A stretch of 49,056 nt of DNA from Phycisphaera mikurensis. GTDB taxonomy: Bacteria; Planctomycetota; Phycisphaerae; UBA1845. Below are positions 14,717-23,641 of the stretch, piece after piece. A program made the translations under genes and the position numbers. The first letter of the stretch is position 1, and every line of letters starts with the position of its first letter. Below the pieces are notes generated by a model. The model had not been told where the DNA came from. It ran no database searches and worked only from the letters and a program-made list of their open reading frames with translations. Location: positions 1 to 49,056 of the forward strand of contig SBAX01000279.1 of NCBI GenBank assembly GCA_005240095.1, read 5' to 3'.

Positions 14717-17143
14717 GTGCGGCAAGACTGCCCCCAACTTCGCCGCGATCTCATCATCCGCCGGCAAGATCGCGCCGGTTCCGCGGGTTACGTGCTGAAG
14801 GACCCGCGCTCACAGCGATTCTTTCAATTCCGCGAGCCCGAAGGTTTCATCGCCGAACGCCTCGATGGCGCCACGCCCCTCGAGGACATCCGCGAGCGCA
14901 CCGCGCAGCGGTTCGGCGCAGCCCTTTCGGACGCCACGCTACGCGGCTTCCTGAATAACCTGCAGGGCCTCGGGCTGCTGGAGGATTCTGCGTCGGTGCC
15001 CGATCGTGCCCTGTCTGGCTCTCGCATTCGCGGAAGCCTCCTCTATCTCCGCTGGAAGGCCTTCGATCCCGATCGTCTGTTCGATGACTTGGCCCGCAGG
15101 TTCCGCTGGCTGTTCACGCCGGCGTTCGTGGCGCTTTCGGCCGCACTGATCATCGTGGCGCTAGGCGTTACTTTGGCAAACTACGGCTCGGTCGGGCGAC
15201 GTCTGCCCCAGCTTTATCGAACCGATATCTTCATTCTCGCGTGGACGGTGCTGCTAGCAGTCATCGTGCTTCATGAATTCGCCCACGGTCTGACCTGCAA
15301 GCACTTCGGCGGGCATGTGCACGAACTGGGATTCATGCTGATCTTTTTCCAGCCGGCCATGTACTGCAACGTCTCCGATGCCTGGCTCTTTCCCGAGCGC
15401 CGCAAGCGCCTCTGGGTCACCTTCGCCGGTGCCTACTTCGAGATGTTCCTCTGGTCCCTGGCCACGATGATGTGGTGGGTGACTGACCCCAATACGCTGC
15501 TGAACCTGTTTGCGCTTGTGGTCATGCTGACCTCGGGAATCAAGACGCTCTTCAACCTCAACCCGCTCATCAAGCTCGATGGGTACTACTTGCTCAGCGA
15601 CTGGTTGGACATCCCCAACCTCAATCGACGGGCAATTCGCTATGTTCGCACCGCAGTTGGCCGATGGATGGGTATGACCGAGGATCGCCTGCCCGAGGTC
15701 GAGCCGCGTCAGCGCCGCATTCTGGTCGCTTACGGTACGCTGGCGTGGACGTTTTCGGTCTGCTTTCTGGGCGCTTTGCTGTGGAGCGTGGGCGGCTTTC
15801 TGACCTCGCGCTATCAGGCCGCGGGCTTCCTGGCCACCACCGGCCTGCTCGTAGCCTTCTTCCGCCGACCACGGTTGACCAAGCCGCCGGCGGCGGATGG
15901 TCCGCTGGCACCGAGCGCGCGGCGGGTGCGAAACCCACGGCGGAAGGCGATCCTGGCGTTGCTGGCGCTGATCGGAGCAGCCCTCTTCTTCGTTCACGTC
16001 GAACTCACTGTCTCGGCCCCGTTCACCGCCCTTCCGATTCGCAACGCCGAAGTCCGTGCCGAGGTGGAGGGCATCATCGAAAAAGTTCTGGTCAATGAGG
16101 ATGATCGGGTCTCGCAGGGGCAGGAGATCGCTCAGCTCTCGGATCGGCATTGGCGCTCCGAGCTCGACAAGGTCAGCGCGGAGGTGGCCGCCACGGCCGC
16201 GCGGCTCAAGATGCTCCAGACGGGGCCGCGGCCGGAGGAGATCGAGCTCGCCCGCCGCGAGGTGGCCACCAGTAACGCGCGGTGGCAGCGGGCCCGCGAT
16301 CAGCTCGACACTCTCCTTCGCGTGCAGGGCGAACGCGTAGGCCGGACGCGCACGTCCGTCGAGAAGGCCGAGGCTCAGCTCCACGCTGCCCAGGTGGAGC
16401 TCTCCCGCGTTCAGCAACTGGTTACCGACGGGGCGGGCACTTCCAAAGAGCTGCACGATGCCGTATCGCTGGTTGCCCTGCGGGAGAAAGAACTGGCCGA
16501 GGCGCAGGCCGATGTGCGAGTCGTCTCCGCCGACGATCTGACGGAATATCGCGAGGCCGCAGTCGTGGCGGAGATGGAGCACAACGAGGCCCAGAGCCGC
16601 CTAGCCCTTCTGCTGGCGGGCTTCCGCCCGGAGCTGGTGGAGGCCGCCGCGGCCGAGCTCGGTCGCCTTGAGGCCCAGCGCGACTATTGCCTCCAGCAGA
16701 TTGATCGCCTGGTGATCATCAGCCCCATCGGCGGGGTGGTTGCGACGCCCAAGCTGTCGGAGACGGTCGGTCGGCGCGTGGACCGCGGAGACTTGATCGC
16801 CACGGTGCACGACGTGTCCCGCATTCGCGCCGAGATCGCCGTCCCGGAAAAGGAGATGGCGGACGTGGCCGTCGGTCAACCGGTGTACCTGAAGGTACGG
16901 GCGTTTCCCCACCGCGGCTTCGAGGGAACCATCCGCTCCATCGCCCCCATCGCCTCGCCGCGGGATGAGCTCATCGCCGGACGCGCCGTGCTGGTACACG
17001 CCGAGTTCAACAACCCCGAGCAATTGCTCAAGCCGGAGATGACCGGCTACTGCAAGATCCAATGCGGCCAGCGCCGCCTGCTCGACGTCCTCACTCGGCG
17101 CATCACGGGCTACGTCCGCGTCGAGTTCTGGTCCTGGTGGTAG
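14717..17143 (+). CDS. Tripartite fusion: PqqD/RRE-like N-terminal domain - M50 (site-2 protease) intramembrane metalloprotease - HlyD-family periplasmic adaptor
   Basis: GTG start is forced because an in-frame TGA lies 4 codons upstream. Residues 1-90 show a PqqD-like pattern. M50 motifs HEFAHGLTCKH and NLNPLIKLDGYY sit inside a multi-TM region. The C-terminal ~400 aa have a lipoyl-like fold, a long coiled coil and a beta-barrel typical of membrane fusion proteins (EVEGIIEKVLVNEDDRVSQGQEIAQL ... ISPIGGVV). Confidence 0.8.
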   Translation: MRQDCPQLRRDLIIRRQDRAGSAGYVLKDPRSQRFFQFREPEGFIAERLDGATPLEDIRERTAQRFGAALSDATLRGFLNNLQGLGLLEDSASVPDRALSGSRIRGSLLYLRWKAFDPDRLFDDLARRFRWLFTPAFVALSAALIIVALGVTLANYGSVGRRLPQLYRTDIFILAWTVLLAVIVLHEFAHGLTCKHFGGHVHELGFMLIFFQPAMYCNVSDAWLFPERRKRLWVTFAGAYFEMFLWSLATMMWWVTDPNTLLNLFALVVMLTSGIKTLFNLNPLIKLDGYYLLSDWLDIPNLNRRAIRYVRTAVGRWMGMTEDRLPEVEPRQRRILVAYGTLAWTFSVCFLGALLWSVGGFLTSRYQAAGFLATTGLLVAFFRRPRLTKPPAADGPLAPSARRVRNPRRKAILALLALIGAALFFVHVELTVSAPFTALPIRNAEVRAEVEGIIEKVLVNEDDRVSQGQEIAQLSDRHWRSELDKVSAEVAATAARLKMLQTGPRPEEIELARREVATSNARWQRARDQLDTLLRVQGERVGRTRTSVEKAEAQLHAAQVELSRVQQLVTDGAGTSKELHDAVSLVALREKELAEAQADVRVVSADDLTEYREAAVVAEMEHNEAQSRLALLLAGFRPELVEAAAAELGRLEAQRDYCLQQIDRLVIISPIGGVVATPKLSETVGRRVDRGDLIATVHDVSRIRAEIAVPEKEMADVAVGQPVYLKVRAFPHRGFEGTIRSIAPIASPRDELIAGRAVLVHAEFNNPEQLLKPEMTGYCKIQCGQRRLLDVLTRRITGYVRVEFWSWW

Positions 17144-17412
17144 TGGTCATAGTCCAGACGGTGCAGCAGCGCCATGTGCCTCTAACTCTTTGTCGCGCAA
17201 TTACTTACGCACCGCCCACTTTCCCCGCGGCGTCGGGCACCACCACGCGAGCGTCGTCGCCCAGGCAAGCCCGGTAACTTCAAGCGTTCCTATCGAAACT
17301 CTAAGTCGCAGGGGCGCTCGCTTCCGGGCTCGTCCTGGTTGATCCGCGCGGACCGACGGTCGATGAAGACGAAGGCACCTTGGGTGGCCGCTAAAGCCTA
17401 TCGGACGAAGCA

Positions 17413-19536
17413 ATGACCACGATCGTGGACAGCTGGCGGGATCCACGGACTCGCCGGCGGGCGGATCAGCTCTTTTCAACCCTGCTCGGCTTGCTGGAGA
17501 TGCGCCTGCCGTACCTGCGGGGGCGGGCGGCGCGGATCGACGACGGCTGCCGGGTCATGGCCGATGCCATGCAGCTCAAACCCGACGAGCGTTATGCTCT
17601 GTCGCTGGCGGCCCGTTTTCACGATATCGGGCTGCTGGGTATTGCCGACACCGTACTGCTCAAGCCCGGACCGTTGACGGCGGATGAGAAGACGCTGATC
17701 GACTGCCACACGGACATCGGCGGTCGCCTGGTGCACCATCTTTTCGCGGACTTCTATGACGCCATCGAGGCCATCTGGTGGCACCATGAGCGACCTGACG
17801 GGCGCGGACCGCACGGCCTCACCGGCGACACCATCCCCTTGGCGGCATCAATCGTGGCCTTGGTAGACGCGGCTGAGTCCATGGCCAACGACCGCCCGCA
17901 GCGCCCGGGAATGCCTGAAGACCAGATTCGCGCCGAAATCGAGCGCTGCGTGGGGACGCAGTTCGATCCTCGCGTGGTGAGCGCCTATCGCAGCGTCCAT
18001 TCCCAGCTCTACAGCGCCGTCGCGCCCACGCACGCGGTCACGGAAATCGCCGCGCCCAAGCCGGCACCGTCCAGACCTACTGGGGATTCGCCGCGATCCG
18101 CACCGAAGCCTTCGGCGCCCCACGCCTCAGCATCGCGGCCTGGGTCTAACCCCCCTTCGTCCCCCCTTATGAAGAGGGGAGGCACGGTGGATGTGTCGTG
18201 TGTTGCGCAGGGAGGCGGCGCGGCCGGGGCGTTCCCACTGGCAACCTCGCGGACCAACCTGCCGCAGGCCATCAGCGCCCTCACGCCGCTGATCAAGAAA
18301 CAGGACCTGGTGCGCCTGGTCAACGAAGGCCTGGAAATGAAGCCGCTGGCACCGGTGGTGCAAGCGGTGATTTCGGCAACCTCCAATGCCCAGTGCAGCG
18401 GGGAGGAAGTGGCCAAGGCCGTGGGGCAGGATCAGACCCTTGCCTTGCGTGTGCTCAAGGTGGCCAACAGTTCGGCGTATTCCCGCGGGCGGCATATCGA
18501 TACCCTGCAGGGAGCAGTGGCGCGGCTAGGAGTTCAGCAGGTCCGCAAGCTGGTCATGGGATTAGGCGTACTCAGCGACTTGGGTAATAACAAGAGCTCG
18601 CGGCTGGACGTGAAACTATTCTGGGAGCACTCCATCGCCTGCGGGCTGATCGCGGCTACGTTGGCGCGGTGCTGCAAGAGCCGCAACGCCGACGACCATT
18701 TCCTGTGGGGCATGATTCACGACGTGGGCCGTCTGATCCTGCACACCCAGATCGCGGATACCTACGAGAAGGTCTGGGAAACAGCCGAGCGACTCGACGT
18801 ACCCCTGGAACTCGTGGAGGCCAAGCTCCTCCTCGTCGATCACTGCGGAGTGCTGGCCAGAGCGTTGGAGCATTGGCAGTTTCCCCGCGAGTTCCTCGCC
18901 CCGGTGGTCAACCATCATCAATCCGTGCACAAGCTCGGACGTCTTGCCCCGCGGGTGGCGATGGAGGCCACCATCGTTGCCCTCGCCGACCGCATCGCTC
19001 ACGCCCTACTCATGGGGAGCAGCGGCAACGACGTGATCTACCCCCTCGATGATCTGCTTGAGCCTCTACGCCTGACTCCTCAGATCGTAGACAACGTGAT
19101 CCGCGACGTGCCCAGCCAGGCCCTGGACTTGCGTTTCACGCTTATGAGCCGCGGGCAGTTGGAGAACTGGCCCGACTACCTTGAAAACATCCGCAGTCAA
19201 TTCAAGCAGGAGCTTCGCCCGCTGCATGCGGATATCGAGCCGCGCACCAACCCCATGCGTATCGCCTGCCAGCGGCTGGCGCCCGCCGACGACGGGGAGT
19301 CCCCAAACTTGGGCGTGCTCTACGCCCGCGACGCTCGCGAGCAGGGCGCGGTCCAAGCCCAGTTCGAGGCCCTGGAAAAAGATCGTGGGGTGAGCAAGCT
19401 TCCCGTCCTGTTCGTCTGGGACAAGGGCCGGGCGGACGCCGAGCACTCCTGGCTCAAGTCCCGCCGCCATGCCCTGCTTCAATCCCCCGTCCGCCTCCCT
19501 GCTATGATCCAGGCCATCAACTGGCTCATGGCGTAG
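17413..19536 (+). CDS. HD-GYP-like (degenerate GYP) phosphohydrolase domain fused to an HDOD domain; signalling protein
   Basis: N-terminal domain has FHDIGLLGI...LKPGPLTADEK...WWHHERPDGRGPHGL, where GPH replaces the canonical GYP. C-terminal HDOD pattern (LKVANSSAYSRG...FWEHSIACG...GMIHDVGRLIL). The linker contains repeat copy b. Confidence 0.75.
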   Translation: MTTIVDSWRDPRTRRRADQLFSTLLGLLEMRLPYLRGRAARIDDGCRVMADAMQLKPDERYALSLAARFHDIGLLGIADTVLLKPGPLTADEKTLIDCHTDIGGRLVHHLFADFYDAIEAIWWHHERPDGRGPHGLTGDTIPLAASIVALVDAAESMANDRPQRPGMPEDQIRAEIERCVGTQFDPRVVSAYRSVHSQLYSAVAPTHAVTEIAAPKPAPSRPTGDSPRSAPKPSAPHASASRPGSNPPSSPLMKRGGTVDVSCVAQGGGAAGAFPLATSRTNLPQAISALTPLIKKQDLVRLVNEGLEMKPLAPVVQAVISATSNAQCSGEEVAKAVGQDQTLALRVLKVANSSAYSRGRHIDTLQGAVARLGVQQVRKLVMGLGVLSDLGNNKSSRLDVKLFWEHSIACGLIAATLARCCKSRNADDHFLWGMIHDVGRLILHTQIADTYEKVWETAERLDVPLELVEAKLLLVDHCGVLARALEHWQFPREFLAPVVNHHQSVHKLGRLAPRVAMEATIVALADRIAHALLMGSSGNDVIYPLDDLLEPLRLTPQIVDNVIRDVPSQALDLRFTLMSRGQLENWPDYLENIRSQFKQELRPLHADIEPRTNPMRIACQRLAPADDGESPNLGVLYARDAREQGAVQAQFEALEKDRGVSKLPVLFVWDKGRADAEHSWLKSRRHALLQSPVRLPAMIQAINWLMA
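18146..18182 (-). repeat. Poly-C/poly-G hairpin repeat, copy b (in-frame inside a CDS linker)
   Basis: CTAACCCCCCTTCG-TCCCCCC-TTATGAA-GAGGGGA-GG. It is the reverse orientation of copies a and e, and is translated as GSNPPSSPLMKRGG. Confidence 0.65.
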
Positions 19537-19690
19537 CAAGGGGGCTCTGACGACCACGCCGTATCCCTACAGGATTCGACAGGCGGAGCAAGTCCATCCA
19601 GGGAGTAAACTGGAGGAGCGAAAGCGACGCTGCCCCTTCCGGTCGCCGAGCACCGCAGCACGGTGAGGGACGAGCATTGGGAGCACAACC

Positions 19691-21814
19691 ATGAGGAAGA
19701 CACACAGAATTCGGTTCGTCCGAGTGGTCCTGGGACTTTGGCCGGTCGTCTTGCCTGCCGTGGTCCACGCGGGCCCGCCAGATCCGTCCGGGCATTGGGC
19801 GGGGTCGATTGAGGTCCCCGGCTCACCGCTGACGATTGACGTAGACCTTCGCGGCAAGCCGGGCGCCTGGGAGGGCGACATCTCCATCCCCGCCCAAGGG
19901 GCCAAGGACTTGGGCCTCGCCGACGTGGTCATCGACGGGACCAGCATCACTTTTGCCATCCCCGGTATCCCGGGGAGCCCCAAGTTCTCGGGCAAGCTCG
20001 CCGCCGACGGCGCGTCGATCACCGGCGACTTCACTCAGGGGGCTGCGACGCTGCCTTTCAAGCTCGAACGCGCCGTAAAGGCCGGGACGAACGCGAAGGA
20101 AGCCCTGGCCGGCTTCAGTGATTTCGTCATCCAGGCCCTCGTCGATTGGCAGGTGCCCGGCTTCGCCATGGGCATCGTGGTGGATGGCGAGGTTGTCTTT
20201 GCCGAGGGATTCGGCAAGCGCGACAAGGAGAAGGACCTGCCGGTGACGAACAAGACGCTCTTCGCCATCGGCTCGGCCACCAAGGCCTTCACATCCTTCG
20301 CCCTCGGCACACAAGTGGACGAGGGTAAGCTGGAATGGGACAAGCCGGTGGTCAACTACCTGCCGGGATTCAGTCTCTACGACGACTACGCTGCCGGGCA
20401 CATCACCCCGCGGGACCTTGTCACCCACCGCTCCGGCCTGCCGAGGCATGACCTGGCCTGGTACAACAACACCGCCCTTACTCGAAAGGAGATGGTTGAC
20501 CGCCTGCCGTACTACGAGCCCAACAAGCAGCTTCGCGAGAAGTTCCAGTACAACAACATGATGTTTCTCACCGCCGGCTACCTGGTTGCCCAGCTTGACG
20601 GCCGGGAATGGGAGGATTCCATTCGCGATCGCGTGTTCAAGCCGTTGGGGATGACCTCCACCAACTTCTCCGTAAGGGATTCGCAGGCGTCGCCGAATTT
20701 CGCGCAACCTTATGAGCTGAAAGATGATACGTTGCGGAAGATGGCCTTCCGGAACATCGACAACGTCGGCCCGGCCGGCTCGATCAACTCCAATATCGAG
20801 GACATGACCAAGTGGGTCCTTCTGCACTTGAACAAGGGTAAGGTTGGTGGCAAGAAGATCATTCAGGAGGCCACGCTGGCGGACATGCACATGCCCCACG
20901 TGGCCATCCCAACCTTGCCGAACCCGGAAGAACCGGACATTTCCCCGTCCAGTTACGGCATGGGCTGGTTTGTCCAGACCTACCGGGGCCACTACTGGGT
21001 GCACCACGGCGGGGCGATCGACGGGTTCATCGCCCTCGTCTCCTTCTTCCCCAATGACGGGCTGGGGATTGTGGCATTCGCGAACATGAATGGATCCTCG
21101 CTTCCCGGCCTGATGACCCGCCACGCGGCCGACCGGGTGCTGGGCTTGGAGCCGAGGGACTGGAACGGCAAGGCACTTGCGAAATGGAACCTCGGGAAGG
21201 ATGCGACCAAGGAGGCCGAAACCAAGAAAGACATGCTCCGCAAGCCCGACACCAAGCCTGGCCACCCCTTGGAGGAGTATGCCGGCGAGTACGAACACCC
21301 CGGATATGGTGTGTTCGAGGTGGAAGTGGATGGCGAACGCCTCGCGGGGACCTTCAACAACATCGTTACGCCGTTCGAGCACTGGCACTACGAGGTCTTC
21401 AACGGGCTGGAGAACCCGGATGATCACACGTTTGAGAATCTGCGCATCCAGTTCCTGTCAAACTTGAAGGGCGATGTAGATCGTGTGGCCGTGCCGCTGG
21501 AGCCTGCGGTGGAGGAGATCGTTTTTCACAAGCGCCCGGACTCGAAGCTTTCGGACCCGGCGTACCTGGCGAAGTTCACCGGCGTATACGAGATGGCCGG
21601 CCAGGAGATCAGGTTCGCTCTGCAAGGGAAGATCCTCACTCTAACCGTGCCGGGCCAGCCCCTGTACGAGCTGACCGCCGACCGCAACGATGAGTTCAAC
21701 CTGAAGGGCATCACCGGTTATTCCGTCCGCTTCGCCAGCGACGCAAACGGGGGGATGACCGCGTATCTGAACCAGCCCAACGGGGTATTCGAGCTGAAAC
21801 GCAAAGGAAGCTGA
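19691..21814 (+). CDS. Secreted serine hydrolase of the beta-lactamase / class C PBP family with N- and C-terminal extra domains
   Basis: Signal peptide (RFVRVVLGLWPVVLPAVVHA), SxxK motif (GSATKAF), and YxN motif (QYNNMMF). Confidence 0.8.
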   Translation: MRKTHRIRFVRVVLGLWPVVLPAVVHAGPPDPSGHWAGSIEVPGSPLTIDVDLRGKPGAWEGDISIPAQGAKDLGLADVVIDGTSITFAIPGIPGSPKFSGKLAADGASITGDFTQGAATLPFKLERAVKAGTNAKEALAGFSDFVIQALVDWQVPGFAMGIVVDGEVVFAEGFGKRDKEKDLPVTNKTLFAIGSATKAFTSFALGTQVDEGKLEWDKPVVNYLPGFSLYDDYAAGHITPRDLVTHRSGLPRHDLAWYNNTALTRKEMVDRLPYYEPNKQLREKFQYNNMMFLTAGYLVAQLDGREWEDSIRDRVFKPLGMTSTNFSVRDSQASPNFAQPYELKDDTLRKMAFRNIDNVGPAGSINSNIEDMTKWVLLHLNKGKVGGKKIIQEATLADMHMPHVAIPTLPNPEEPDISPSSYGMGWFVQTYRGHYWVHHGGAIDGFIALVSFFPNDGLGIVAFANMNGSSLPGLMTRHAADRVLGLEPRDWNGKALAKWNLGKDATKEAETKKDMLRKPDTKPGHPLEEYAGEYEHPGYGVFEVEVDGERLAGTFNNIVTPFEHWHYEVFNGLENPDDHTFENLRIQFLSNLKGDVDRVAVPLEPAVEEIVFHKRPDSKLSDPAYLAKFTGVYEMAGQEIRFALQGKILTLTVPGQPLYELTADRNDEFNLKGITGYSVRFASDANGGMTAYLNQPNGVFELKRKGS

Positions 21815-21962
21815 CGGTGCGGCGAACGCGGTCCTCGTTGTCCTACATTTGTAGGGGTTTGGAACGCGGGGCGAGTTGCGGTATACTTCCCCTGAAGGCG
21901 CCTCCCGGCGTGCATGGAGGCATTTGAAACGACACTCCCTAGAAAACCAGGAGGGTTCATCC

Positions 21963-22400
21963 ATGGCGGACTCCACCAATGAATTCCCGACCACTCTCGG
22001 CGCGGATGCAGTGTTCAAGGGCCAGCTTTCCTTCGAGAAGGGCGTTCGGCTGCTGGGCAAGTTCGAAGGCGAGATCACCAGCGAGGGCCAGCTCGTCGTC
22101 GCCGATGGCGCGACGCTCACCGGCGACGTAAAGGCCGGCACCGTGCGCGTGGACGGTCAGCTTAAGGGTAACGTCAACGCCCACACCAAGGTGCAATTGT
22201 CGGCGTCGGCGCGCCTCGAGGGCGACTTGCAGACCCAGCGTCTGGAAGTGGCTGAAGGCGCGGTGCTGGTGGGCCGATGCGTGGTGGGGACGAATGGACA
22301 GGCCAAGCCGACGCTCGATGCCAAACCCGTATCACGTCCGGCGCAGTTCGTGACTCCTGCGAAGCCCGGCGAACCGGCCGCGGCGACGGTGAAGAAGTAG
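21963..22400 (+). CDS. Bactofilin-family cytoskeletal protein
   Basis: ATG at 21963 preceded by AGGAGG. Repetitive beta-helix pattern (GKFEGEITSEGQLVVADGATLTGDVKAGTVRVDGQLKGNVNAHTKVQL...LEGDLQTQRLEVAEGAVLVG) with a Pro/Ala-rich tail. Confidence 0.8.
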   Translation: MADSTNEFPTTLGADAVFKGQLSFEKGVRLLGKFEGEITSEGQLVVADGATLTGDVKAGTVRVDGQLKGNVNAHTKVQLSASARLEGDLQTQRLEVAEGAVLVGRCVVGTNGQAKPTLDAKPVSRPAQFVTPAKPGEPAAATVKK

Positions 22401-22555
22401 GCTTACTTGCGCCGCCTCCTTAGCGGCCACGCGCTGTGGAATCAAGACGCTGCTTTGCGGCACCCGATACTCTCATGGGCGCTGACCTTAGGAGGGGTCC
22501 TCCTTTGAGGGCAACGATTCGCGCCCTGACGGAATGACTGCGGGCGGAGCCTGCG

Positions 22556-22963
22556 ATGTCCTTGACGTTGACTGAACCTGGGGCCGCCAGCCGACATGTG
22601 GCCTGCACCTACTGCCGCAAGGAGGTGGTGGTGTCGCAGCGGGCCATGTCGGTGTTCTGCCCGCACTGCAAGAAGCGGCTCATCCTCGAAGACTACAAGA
22701 TCGACGGCTACTACGCGGTGCGGGAGTTCTTCACCTGCGGCGACGTGGTCGTGGAGAAGAAGGGCCACGTGGTGGCGCCCATCCGCGCCGGCAACCTCAC
22801 CGTCAAGGGCAAGGTGCAAGGCAGTGTCACCGCCCGCGGACAGGTGCAGATCAAGAAGAACGGCTCCTTCAAGGGCGAGCTGGAAGCGCCCGTCCTCGTC
22901 GTCGAGCAGGGCGCCGTCTTCGACGGCTACGTCCGCATCGGAACTCCGCCGGACAGCACCTAG
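22556..22963 (+). CDS. Zinc-ribbon (CxxC...CxxC) - bactofilin-like fusion protein
   Basis: CTYCRKEVVV-x9-FCPHCKK, followed by a bactofilin-like beta-helix (GNLTVKGKVQGSVTARGQVQIKKNGSFKGELEAPVLVVEQGAVFDGYV). Confidence 0.7.
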   Translation: MSLTLTEPGAASRHVACTYCRKEVVVSQRAMSVFCPHCKKRLILEDYKIDGYYAVREFFTCGDVVVEKKGHVVAPIRAGNLTVKGKVQGSVTARGQVQIKKNGSFKGELEAPVLVVEQGAVFDGYVRIGTPPDST

Positions 22964-22978
22964 ACCAAGTTCTAATGA

Positions 22979-23019
22979 CCCCCTCTCCCTTCAAGGGAGG
23001 GGGTTGGGGTGAGGGTTGG
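22979..23019 (+). repeat. Poly-C/poly-G hairpin repeat, copy c (intergenic)
   Basis: CCCCCTCTCCC-TTCAA-GGGAGGGGG-TTGGGGTGAGGGTTGG. Confidence 0.7.
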
Positions 23020-23076
23020 ACGACACGCACAAGTTGCCCGCCCACATCCCGCGGCACTATCATCCCCTCGGCAACC

Positions 23077-23616
23077 ATGATTCGATCCTTACGCAGCGAG
23101 GCCCTGCTTCTCTTGCAAAAGCGTGGCGACATTCTGGAAGTGGCCCGCGAGATCACGGAGATTCTGCGCGAGGCGGACTTGGACGGCGCGATCATCGGCG
23201 GCGTGGCCGTGGTGCTGCATGGCTACGTGCGGACGACGGTGGATGTGGACGTCTTCTCGCGCAGCGCGATTCCAGATGTGGCGGCGGCGTTGAGATCCGA
23301 CGGCTTCAGGCCGCAGCGCTCGTCGACCGAGTTTCGTAAGAATGGCGTTCCAGTGCATGTCTTGACCGCCAAACAAGTGCGCACGGCCCCGGCCGACTTT
23401 GTCGAAATCGAGGATGTTCAAACCGTTTCGTTGCCGGATTTGATCGCCATGAAGCTGTCCTCAGGCACGCGCGATATGCTGCGAGCCATCGACTTGGCCG
23501 ACGTCATCGGCCTGATCCGCACCCAAGGTCTGACGCCCGCCTTTGCCTCCAAACTGCCCCGCGCCGTCCGCCCCGACTTTCGCAAACTGGCCCGCGCCGT
23601 GGCGGAACGGGGATGA
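23077..23616 (+). CDS. Minimal nucleotidyltransferase-fold protein (hypothetical)
   Basis: GG...DVDVF pattern (AIIGGVAVVLHGYVRTTVDVDVF) typical of Pol-beta-superfamily NTases. ATG at 23077 is chosen because the longer ORF start reads through the repeat element. Confidence 0.5.
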   Translation: MIRSLRSEALLLLQKRGDILEVAREITEILREADLDGAIIGGVAVVLHGYVRTTVDVDVFSRSAIPDVAAALRSDGFRPQRSSTEFRKNGVPVHVLTAKQVRTAPADFVEIEDVQTVSLPDLIAMKLSSGTRDMLRAIDLADVIGLIRTQGLTPAFASKLPRAVRPDFRKLARAVAERG

Positions 23617-23641
23617 CTTACCCGAACGGAGCAACGTAGCC

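Noticed and set aside
19540-19583. tmRNA-like 5' string (GGGGGCTCTGA ... GGATTCGACAGG)
   Set aside because: GGATTCGAC(A/G)GG is reminiscent of the tmRNA 5' region. However, the spacing from the GGGG start is wrong. No T-arm or acceptor 3' half (GGTTCGA...CCA) follows. Only ~150 nt are available before a gene with a clear signal peptide.
22975-23076. N-terminal extension of ORF 22975-23616 (MTPSPFKGGGWGEGW...)
   Set aside because: This part is simply the translation of hairpin repeat copy c. The NTase-like domain starts after the ATG at 23077.
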